Shown here: piece by piece, positions 53,909 to 61,082 of the stretch | How positions within the stretch are numbered: position 1 is the first letter of the stretch | How the letters are laid out: each line of letters opens with the position of its first letter | Origin: an uncultured Oscillospiraceae bacterium | GTDB taxonomy: Bacteria; Bacillota; Clostridia; Christensenellales; CAG-138 | NCBI GenBank assembly: GCA_964476505.1 | Contig: CAYZAW010000003.1 | Location: 2,462-66,461 of the forward strand | Length of the DNA stretch: 64,000 bases | Direction of reading: 5' to 3' | Program-made: the position numbers and the translations under genes | Notes under the pieces: model-generated | The model's database searches: none | Seen by the model: the letters and a program-made list of their open reading frames with translations, nothing else | Told to the model about the DNA's origin: nothing

Positions 53909-55124
53909 AAAACGCCTCCAATAGCCGCCCCACGGTTTCCTCCGCCGGGCAGTCGTTTGTGATCACATCGTCCGAAAACCGCTCGTAATACGCACGGCGC
54001 GCTTCGTACAATGCGGTGATCGGCTGCTTTACGGATAGCGGACGCCCCGCCACAGGCAGCGCTTCCAAGCGTCTTTGCAGCCAGTATATCACGCCGTTTT
54101 GCTTTAGCGCCGCAAGGTTTTCTTCCCGCAGTACCGCGCCGCCGCCTGTAGCGATCACAACGCCGGTGCGCTTGCCAGCCTCCTGTATGACCTCCGTTTC
54201 CGTTTTGCGAAAGGCCGCTTCTCCCACCCGGGAAAGATACGAAGCCGGTTCCTCCCCCACCGCCGCTTGAATGAGATCGTCCGTATCGATCAGCGTTCGG
54301 CCTGTCTTTTTTGCCAACAGCGTTCCCACCGTGGTTTTGCCGCAGCCCGGCATGCCGATCAGTACAATGTTTTTCCGCTTTTGCAGCAGCGCGGCAGTGA
54401 TCTCATCCGTTCGGCTGTTTGGCATAGATGTGTTTAAAAACAGCTCCGCGCTTTTTTTCGCCTGTGAAACAAGCATATACAGCCCGCCGGCAGCGGATAT
54501 GCCCCGTTTGTTTGCCGCAAGCACCAGCGCAGAGGATAAGGGGTTGTACACCACGTCCACCACGCCGCAAAGAGCAGGAAATATAGAAATATCCACCGGC
54601 GCTTCGCCGTTATTGGGGTACATGCCAACGGGCGTTGTGTTCACGATTAGCGCCGCATCCCGGTGATGCTCCTGTAGCATGCCGTAGGTAACAGGCCCGC
54701 TTCTGGATACCACAACGATTTCCTTCGCGCCTATGTGCCGAAGAACTGCCTGCGCCGTGCGGCTGGTGCCGCCGCCGCCTAAGACCAATGCTTTATTTCC
54801 TGCCGGGTCGATCCCTTGGCGGCGTATCAACGCAGTCAGCCCGTAAAAATCCGTATTGTCCCCCAACAGCTTTCCGTTTCTGTTTACAACGGTGTTTACC
54901 GCGCCGATCTCCCTTGCGATATCTGACAATGAATCGCAATAGGAAATGACCGCCTGCTTGTAGGGGAGGGTCACATTTATACCGCAAAAGGCCTTTTCGC
55001 GCATGAATCCGTCCAGCGCGTCCTCCGGCATGCTGATAAGTTCGTAGGCATACGCCCCCAGCATGGCGTGTATCTCCGGGGAAAAGCTATGCCCCAGCGT
55101 TTTTCCGATGAGCCCGTACTGCAT
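53889..55124 (-). CDS. aroE: fused shikimate dehydrogenase (N-terminal) / shikimate kinase (C-terminal)
   Basis: 411 aa. AroE motifs (GHSFSPEIH, NVTLPYK, NTD, LGGGGTSR) lie in aa 1-245. AroK P-loop IVLIGMPGCGKTT plus DTDDLI start at aa ~252 (nt ~54377). Confidence 0.85.
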   Translation of the reverse strand: MQYGLIGKTLGHSFSPEIHAMLGAYAYELISMPEDALDGFMREKAFCGINVTLPYKQAVISYCDSLSDIAREIGAVNTVVNRNGKLLGDNTDFYGLTALIRRQGIDPAGNKALVLGGGGTSRTAQAVLRHIGAKEIVVVSRSGPVTYGMLQEHHRDAALIVNTTPVGMYPNNGEAPVDISIFPALCGVVDVVYNPLSSALVLAANKRGISAAGGLYMLVSQAKKSAELFLNTSMPNSRTDEITAALLQKRKNIVLIGMPGCGKTTVGTLLAKKTGRTLIDTDDLIQAAVGEEPASYLSRVGEAAFRKTETEVIQEAGKRTGVVIATGGGAVLREENLAALKQNGVIYWLQRRLEALPVAGRPLSVKQPITALYEARRAYYERFSDDVITNDCPAEETVGRLLEAFYANTDR

Positions 55125-55393
55125 TACAGCCGCCTGTTCTGGGCGTTCCGGCTAAGCTGAAACAGCAGGCAAAACAGTTCCCGCGCATCCTTCGCATAGG
55201 TATCCCCAGCGTTTTGTTCCACCCGCGCCAGTATCCGTTCCTCCCGCCCCGTATCCAGTACGGGAACGGCATGTCGCGCTTTATAATCCGCCACCGCCGC
55301 CACCGTATCCATGCGCTTTAGAAACAAGCGCAAAATCGCATCGTCTATTTGATCGATCTCGCTTCGTAATACGTCCAAGCTCTTTTCATCCAT
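55124..55393 (-). CDS. chorismate mutase (small AroQ class)
   Basis: 89 aa. LRSEIDQIDDAILRLFLKRMD...VLDTGREERIL. Confidence 0.8.
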   Translation of the reverse strand: MDEKSLDVLRSEIDQIDDAILRLFLKRMDTVAAVADYKARHAVPVLDTGREERILARVEQNAGDTYAKDARELFCLLFQLSRNAQNRRL

Positions 55394-55402
55394 AGCGCCC
55401 TC

Positions 55403-56485
55403 CTATTTTCCCGCCGCCAGCAGCATGTCTAGAAGCACCAGCGCCGCCGCTGCCTCCACGCAGGGTACCGCCCTTGGCACAATGCACGGATCATGCCTGC
55501 CAGCTACCGTGATTTTTGCGGGCGTACCGTCCGAAAGCCGAACCGTATCCTGCGGCATGCCAATGGAAGGCGTTGGCTTGATAGCTACCGTAAACAGAAT
55601 CGGCATGCCTGTGGTGATTCCGCCCAGTATTCCGCCGCAATGGTTGGTTTGTGTCTTTACAGCGCCGTCATGCATCACATACGCGTCGTTGTTTTCGCTG
55701 CCATACATGCCCGCCACAGCAAAGCCGTCCCCAAAGGAGATCCCCTTAACAGCCGGAATGCCGAACAACGCCGCGCTCAAGCGGTTTTCCACACCGCCAA
55801 ACATGGGCTCGCCCACACCCGCAGGCATGCCCACGGCGGCGCATTCAATGCTGCCGCCAACGGAATCACGGCGCGACATCGCCTCTTTTATTATACTTCT
55901 CATGCGCTCCGCTGCCGTACTGTTCAGCACGGGAAAGTCCCGTTCTCCCACCTGATTCAATTCATCAGCCGATACCGTAACAGGATCGAACCCCGTATCC
56001 GCCGCATCCATGATGTTTTTGATATGCGCGCCAACGGTAACGCCGCGCCGCGCAAGTATCTGTTTGCATACTGCGCCTGCAAAGCACAGCGGTGCCGTAA
56101 GCCTTCCTGAAAAATGTCCGCCGCCGCGCCCGTCCTGAAAACCGGCATATTTAACGTGCGCGGGATAGTCCGCATGTCCCGGCCTTGGCAGCGCCTCCAG
56201 CGCCGCATAGTCCTCCGAGCGCGTGTCTGTATTTTTGATCACCGCGCAAAGCGGCGCGCCGCAGGTCATGCCCTGATATAAGCCGGAAAGCACCTCAGGC
56301 TCGTCCGATTCTTGCCTTGGGGTAGCCAGCGCGCCGCCAGGTGCGCGCCTTGCTAAAAACGCACGCACTTCGTCAAGATTGATGGATTCCCCGGCAGGAA
56401 GCCCGTCTATCACCACGCCGATTCCCGCGCCGTGGGACTGCCCGAATATGCTGATGCGAAGCCGTTTTCCTATCATGGACGACAT
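55403..56485 (-). CDS. aroC: chorismate synthase
   Basis: 360 aa. RISIFGQSHG and RPGHADY motifs. An alternative start at 56476 would give an ATGA overlap with the aroA stop. Confidence 0.92.
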   Translation of the reverse strand: MSSMIGKRLRISIFGQSHGAGIGVVIDGLPAGESINLDEVRAFLARRAPGGALATPRQESDEPEVLSGLYQGMTCGAPLCAVIKNTDTRSEDYAALEALPRPGHADYPAHVKYAGFQDGRGGGHFSGRLTAPLCFAGAVCKQILARRGVTVGAHIKNIMDAADTGFDPVTVSADELNQVGERDFPVLNSTAAERMRSIIKEAMSRRDSVGGSIECAAVGMPAGVGEPMFGGVENRLSAALFGIPAVKGISFGDGFAVAGMYGSENNDAYVMHDGAVKTQTNHCGGILGGITTGMPILFTVAIKPTPSIGMPQDTVRLSDGTPAKITVAGRHDPCIVPRAVPCVEAAAALVLLDMLLAAGK

Positions 56486-57729
56486 ATAGCGTTTCCTCCC
56501 AGCCTGTTAAAATCCGCAAAAAACTGCGGGTAGGATTTATTGACTGCCTCCGCGCCGGTAATGATGACCGGCTCCCGGCACAAAACCGAAGCCATAGCCG
56601 CCGCCATTACGATGCGGTGATCTCCCGCGCCCGTGACCGTTCCGCCCCGAAGGATGCCGCTGCCTCGTATGGTTAAGCCATCCGGCTGCTCCGTTACAGC
56701 CCCGCCAAGGGCTTGCAGCATCAAAGCCGTGGTTTGCAGGCGGTCGCTTTCCTTTAGGCGAAGCCGCGCTGCGTTTGTGATTTTTGTTTCTCCCTGTGCG
56801 CCCGCGGCTATCACTGCCAGAACAGGCACCAAGTCCGGTGTTGCATCTGCATCTATCATACATCCGGTAAGCGGCCTTGCTTGTACCGTGACCGTTGATT
56901 CCAAAACGGATACGTCCGCGCCGAACTGCGAAAGCAGCCTGCAGATGGCGCGATCCCCCTGCTTGCTTGTTGCTTGCAGCCCTTGTACGGATACTGTATT
57001 TGTAAGCGCCCCTGCGCCTAAGAAAACAGCGCTGTTTGACCAATCCCCTTCCGCCGTTAACAAGCCGGGCGTGTGATACCGCTGCCCGCCCGTAATTTGG
57101 AACCCATCCGGCTCTATGTCGATATGGATGCCAAACTGCCGTAATACATCCAGCGTGATGTCAATATAGCCCCGGGAGCTAAGCGGTGTTGTAAGCAGGA
57201 TGCGGCTGTTTTTCTGCAACAACGGCAGGGCGAACAGCAGCCCCGTGATGTACTGGGAGCTGACATTGCCCGGCAGCATGTAAGTGCCCGCCTGCAAACC
57301 GCCCGTAATCCTCACGGGCAGCCGAACACCGTTCGCCTGTACGCCGTGGGACGCCATGGTTTCTATCAGCGCATCCAGCGGGCGGGCGGGAAGCCTGCCA
57401 CCGCCCGTAAACCTTGCCCCGCCTAACGCCGCCGCGACCGGCAATAAAAAACGCAGGGTGGAGCCGCTCTCCCCACAATCCAGTAATGGAGAAGCGGGCG
57501 TATGATCAATCGGTGTTACGATCATGTTGGTATCCGTTTGGCGAATATCCGCGCCCAAGCCTTGCAGGCAGCGGATGGTCGCTTGGATATCCTCCGAGAA
57601 CGTACAGCCCACGATCCTTGTAGGTGCATTGGATAAAGCGGCGCAAATCAACTGCCGGTGCAGTACCGACTTGGAGGAGATGGCCTGTACGGTGCCCGTA
57701 AGCGCCGCCGGTTGTATGATGCACTGCAT
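56473..57729 (-). CDS. aroA: 3-phosphoshikimate 1-carboxyvinyltransferase (EPSP synthase)
   Basis: 418 aa. SSKSVLHR, GESGSTLRF and DHRIVMA motifs. Confidence 0.92.
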   Translation of the reverse strand: MQCIIQPAALTGTVQAISSKSVLHRQLICAALSNAPTRIVGCTFSEDIQATIRCLQGLGADIRQTDTNMIVTPIDHTPASPLLDCGESGSTLRFLLPVAAALGGARFTGGGRLPARPLDALIETMASHGVQANGVRLPVRITGGLQAGTYMLPGNVSSQYITGLLFALPLLQKNSRILLTTPLSSRGYIDITLDVLRQFGIHIDIEPDGFQITGGQRYHTPGLLTAEGDWSNSAVFLGAGALTNTVSVQGLQATSKQGDRAICRLLSQFGADVSVLESTVTVQARPLTGCMIDADATPDLVPVLAVIAAGAQGETKITNAARLRLKESDRLQTTALMLQALGGAVTEQPDGLTIRGSGILRGGTVTGAGDHRIVMAAAMASVLCREPVIITGAEAVNKSYPQFFADFNRLGGNAICRP

Positions 57730-57734
57730 ATCTA

Positions 57735-58802
57735 TTACCGCAGCCCGGCTTCAAAATAAGCCGGAAGCTCTTCCGTTTTGATGGTATGGCAAATGCATTG
57801 CTCGATCGTTTCCGGTAATATCAGCGTAACGGTATCCCCGCGCCGTTTTTTATCGTTTGCGGCAAAGGGCAGCAGCTCGTTTGCCGTAAAACCGCAAACC
57901 GTTGGCAGCCCGTTATGCTGCAGCGCTTCTTTGATCTTGTTGGCGCAGGGTTCCTTTGCTATTTCCAGCTTTTCCGCCGCCCGCGCCGCCAGCAGCATGC
58001 CCATGCCCACAGCCTGCCCGTGGGATACCGCAAACCCGCTTGCCCCTTCTATGGCATGCCCAAAGGTATGCCCTAAATTCAATAACTGGCGGCAGCCGGA
58101 ATCGAATTCGTCCTGCTCCACCAGCTTCGCCTTGATGGTTACACAGCGCTCGATCAACGCCGCCGCAATCTTTCGGCAGTTACCGCCCGCTGCTTGTTCA
58201 AATAACGTTTTATCGCAGATCACGCCGTACTTGATCGTTTCTGCCATGCCCTCCGAGAACTGCGCCTCCGGCAGCGTGGAAAGGGTATTTGTGTCGTGTA
58301 GCACAAGCCTTGGCTGCCAAAACGCACCCGCCAGATTTTTGCCTGCGGGAAGATCAACTGCCGTTTTGCCGCCCACGCTGGAATCCACCGCCGCAAGCAA
58401 TGTGGTGGGAAGCTGTACAAACGGCGTTCCCCGAAGGTAACAGGCTGCCGCGAACCCGGCAATATCCCCGGGCACGCCGCCGCCCAGCGCAACGATCACA
58501 TCCGATTTTGTAAGCTCATTTTCTGCAAGGAATTGCAGGATAGAAGCGAACGTTTGCATGGTTTTGCTCTTTTCGCCATGCTCCATTACATAACAGCAAA
58601 CGGTAAAGCCTGCGCCTTCCAGCGCGTTTTGCACCTGTTTGCCGTACAGAGCGTTTACCGTATCGTCCGTTACGATAGCCGCAAGCTTTGCGGACGCAGC
58701 CACCGCCCGTATGCTATTTGCGCAGTCGCTAAGCAGGCCGGAGGCGATCACCACATCGTACTCCCGGGATGCGTTTACCCGTACTCTTCGTTCCCGCTCC
58801 AT
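57735..58802 (-). CDS. aroB: 3-dehydroquinate synthase
   Basis: 355 aa. ALGGGVPGD and LNLGHTFGHAIE motifs. Confidence 0.92.
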   Translation of the reverse strand: MERERRVRVNASREYDVVIASGLLSDCANSIRAVAASAKLAAIVTDDTVNALYGKQVQNALEGAGFTVCCYVMEHGEKSKTMQTFASILQFLAENELTKSDVIVALGGGVPGDIAGFAAACYLRGTPFVQLPTTLLAAVDSSVGGKTAVDLPAGKNLAGAFWQPRLVLHDTNTLSTLPEAQFSEGMAETIKYGVICDKTLFEQAAGGNCRKIAAALIERCVTIKAKLVEQDEFDSGCRQLLNLGHTFGHAIEGASGFAVSHGQAVGMGMLLAARAAEKLEIAKEPCANKIKEALQHNGLPTVCGFTANELLPFAANDKKRRGDTVTLILPETIEQCICHTIKTEELPAYFEAGLR

Positions 58803-58813
58803 GCTACTTCCTC

Positions 58814-59662
58814 CTAAGAAACGCCTCTTGCGGCATCCGCCTGCGTTTTAAAGGCTGCGCCTTCCTCCAGCAAGGCCGCAAACGCTTTTTCGTCCGCCTG
58901 CTTCAATGCTGTGCTGTATTCGTTTAGCCGTGCGGTCAGTCCTTCGATTTCCTGTATCAGCGCCGCGCGGTTTTCCATACAAAGCTCTGTCCACATGTCC
59001 GCATTGAGCTTGGCGACCCGGGTCGCATCCCGAAAGCTGCCGCCCGTGCACCCGCCGCATTCCACGGAGCGGGGCGTTCTAACATAAGCGCTTGCTAAAA
59101 CATGCGTCAACTGGGAGGTATACGCAATTCTATCATCATGCTCCTCCGGCGTAAACACCGGGGTACGCGCAATGCCAATTTCGGACAGCAACCGCCGCAG
59201 ACGATCCACCACCGCGATGGGGGTGCCGGTATAGGGCGTTAACAGCATGGGGGTCTTTACAAACAGCGTATCCTTGGAGGCTGAAAAGCCGCCGCCCGTG
59301 CCGCCTGCCATTGGGTGCGCCCCGATAAAGGTAAAGCCGTACTGCTTTGCAATAGGCTGCACGCCGTCGCACACCTGCTTTTTTACGCCACAGGTGTCTG
59401 ATACAATAGCGTCCTTGTTGATGAGCGGAGCAATGCGTTTGATATACTCCACCGTGTCCTTCGGGTACAGGCAAACGAATATAAAATCACAGCTAGGAAT
59501 GCGCTCGTCCGTTAATTCCTCATGGATAGCGCCTATCATTTTTGCGCCAAGCGTCACGCTTTTTACCATGTCCACCCCGTACACCGTATGCCCGGTTCGG
59601 TTGTGGAACGCCCGCGCCATAGAGCCGCCGATCAAGCCTAAACCAATGATGCCGATTTTCAT
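58814..59662 (-). CDS. tyrA: prephenate dehydrogenase
   Basis: 282 aa. MKIGIIGLGLIGGS Rossmann N-terminus and GAHPMAG. Confidence 0.88.
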   Translation of the reverse strand: MKIGIIGLGLIGGSMARAFHNRTGHTVYGVDMVKSVTLGAKMIGAIHEELTDERIPSCDFIFVCLYPKDTVEYIKRIAPLINKDAIVSDTCGVKKQVCDGVQPIAKQYGFTFIGAHPMAGGTGGGFSASKDTLFVKTPMLLTPYTGTPIAVVDRLRRLLSEIGIARTPVFTPEEHDDRIAYTSQLTHVLASAYVRTPRSVECGGCTGGSFRDATRVAKLNADMWTELCMENRAALIQEIEGLTARLNEYSTALKQADEKAFAALLEEGAAFKTQADAARGVS

Positions 59663-59674
59663 ACCGTCCTCCCG

Positions 59675-60691
59675 CTACGCCAGCTTGGCATGAAAGGCAT
59701 ATGGCCGGATATGCTCCACTGCCTTAACCAGATTGTCAAAATCCTCCGGCTTTAGGGACTGTCGCCCATCGCAAAGCGCATGATTCGGGTCGTTGTGCAC
59801 CTCGATCATCAGCCCGTCCGCCCCAGCGGCAGCCGCCGCCAGCGCCATGGGAAGCACCAGCTCGGATTTACCGGTGGCATGGCTGGGGTCAACGATCACG
59901 GGAAGGTGCGTGGCCTTTTTTAGCACCGGCACCGCCGAAAGATCCAGCGTGTTTCGGGTTTCCTGCGAGAAGGTGCGAATGCCCCGCTCGCAGAGTATCA
60001 CTTGCTCGTTGCCGCCGGAGAGGATGTACTCAGCGCTCATCAACAGCTCGTCGATGGTGCTGGATAAGCCGCGCTTTAGTAAAATCGGTTTTCTGATTTT
60101 ACCGAGCGCCCGCAGCATTTCAAAATTCTGCATGTTTCGCGCGCCCACCTGAATCACGTCCACATCGTCAAAGAGGGGCAGTTGGGAAAGATCCATGATC
60201 TCCGTGACTACCGGAAGCCCAGTGGCGTTTCTTGCTTCCAGCAGGAATTCCAAGCCCTTTTCGTGCAGCCCTTGGAAAGCGTACGGAGAGGTTCTTGGCT
60301 TAAACGCGCCGCCTCTAAGCATGCCCGCGCCGGACTTTTTTACCAGCTTTGCCACCTCGCAGATCTGCGCCTCGCTTTCGATGGAGCAGGGGCCTGCGAT
60401 GTATAAGAAGTTGCCGCCGCCCACCTTTGCGCCGCGCACCTCCACCACGGTATCCTCCGGATGAAACGCACGGTTGGCGTCTTTATAGGGCTCTTGGATG
60501 CGCTTTACATCCTTCACGATATCCAGTGCCAGTAATAAGTCCATATCCACTACAGACGTGTCCCCCACCAAGCCCATAATGGTCTGCTGGGTGCCCTGCG
60601 ACATATGAATCTGCAAATTGAGGCTGTGGAGCCAGTCCACCAGGTTTTGATACTGGTTTTGATCCGGATTGGGGTTTAATACAACGATCAT
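59675..60691 (-). CDS. aroF: 3-deoxy-7-phosphoheptulonate (DAHP) synthase, type I-beta with an N-terminal regulatory domain
   Basis: 338 aa. A ferredoxin-like N-terminal segment of about 70 aa is followed by a KDO8PS-like barrel ([26 protein letters not shown]). Confidence 0.9.
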   Translation of the reverse strand: MIVVLNPNPDQNQYQNLVDWLHSLNLQIHMSQGTQQTIMGLVGDTSVVDMDLLLALDIVKDVKRIQEPYKDANRAFHPEDTVVEVRGAKVGGGNFLYIAGPCSIESEAQICEVAKLVKKSGAGMLRGGAFKPRTSPYAFQGLHEKGLEFLLEARNATGLPVVTEIMDLSQLPLFDDVDVIQVGARNMQNFEMLRALGKIRKPILLKRGLSSTIDELLMSAEYILSGGNEQVILCERGIRTFSQETRNTLDLSAVPVLKKATHLPVIVDPSHATGKSELVLPMALAAAAAGADGLMIEVHNDPNHALCDGRQSLKPEDFDNLVKAVEHIRPYAFHAKLA

Positions 60692-60713
60692 GTGCGTTTC
60701 CTCCCGATTATTT

Positions 60714-60748
60714 CAAAATAAAAGCCCCGCAGCGTGTACTGCGAGGCT
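60714..60748 (-). terminator. attenuator terminator in the aro operon leader
   Basis: Minus-strand RNA reads AGCCUCGCAG-uacacg-CUGCGGGGCU (10 bp, one G-U) followed by UUUAUUUUG. It ends about 20 nt before the aroF ATG. Confidence 0.8.
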
Positions 60749-60762
60749 GTTTTAACACAGAA

Positions 60763-60778
60763 AGCCTTCTAAACGCAG
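60763..60778 (-). promoter_or_regulatory. antiterminator arm (near-copy of the terminator 3' arm)
   Basis: CUGCG-uuuaga-AGGCU lies immediately 3' of the leader-peptide stop codon. It is complementary to AGCCUCGCAG (60739-60748). Confidence 0.6.
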
Positions 60779-60856
60779 TTATACGCCAATAACCATCTGC
60801 ACCGCGTACAGATAGTAATAATAGCTGGCGTAAGCTGCGAAACGTTGCTGCATCAT
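60779..60856 (-). CDS. Tyr-rich leader peptide (25 aa) of the aro-tyrA operon
   Basis: GAAGGAG, then 6 nt, then ATGATG CAG CAA CGT TTC GCA GCT TAC GCC AGC TAT TAT TAC TAT CTG TAC GCG GTG CAG ATG GTT ATT GGC GTA TAA. This is MMQQRFAAYASYYYYLYAVQMVIGV, the 3' end of the 94-aa track ORF 60779-61063. Confidence 0.7.
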   Translation of the reverse strand: MMQQRFAAYASYYYYLYAVQMVIGV

Positions 60857-60882
60857 ACTGCGCTCCTTCAAGACTTTCGGAT

Positions 60883-60911
60883 ATGATAGCACGGTTCTTC
60901 GGGATTGTAAA
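60883..60911 (-). promoter_or_regulatory. sigma-A-like promoter of the aro leader
   Basis: Minus strand reads TTTACA, then a 17-nt spacer, then TGc-TATCAT (extended -10). The predicted TSS is about 7-10 nt before the leader RBS. Confidence 0.6.
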
Positions 60912-60995
60912 GAGCTTTTTCCTGCCATACCGAAGCGCCCAGCCACCGTTAGCGTACCCGACGTATACCCCGCTTTTTTAAAGTGCCCGCCCTTC

Positions 60996-61036
60996 AGAAA
61001 AGCGCTCTGGCAGCAACTGCATTGCCGCCAAAGCGC
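60996..61036 (-). terminator. intrinsic terminator after the second GH3 gene
   Basis: Minus-strand RNA reads GCGCUUUGGCGGCAA-ugcag-UUGCUGCCAGAGCGC (15 bp including G-U pairs) followed by UUUUCU. Confidence 0.75.
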
Positions 61037-61082
61037 CCTTCTGCTGGCTATTCTCAACGCCATACGGCGCGAAAATCAATGC

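Noticed and set aside
60915-60960. Possible T-box element (AACGGUGGCUGGGCGC resembles the GGUGG core) upstream of the aro operon
   Set aside because: It lies upstream of the predicted promoter. It lacks the rest of the T-box consensus (..GGGUGGUACCGCG) as well as a stem I/specifier architecture. The terminator is explained by the leader-peptide antiterminator instead.
60779-61063. 94-aa track ORF (MALRIASRRALWRQ...) upstream of aroF, considered as a real protein gene
   Set aside because: Its 5' two-thirds run through the GH3 terminator hairpin and through the promoter (-35 and -10). It has no RBS at 61063 and an Arg/Cys/Ser-rich composition. Only the last 25 codons, which have their own GAAGGAG RBS downstream of the promoter, make sense as a leader peptide.
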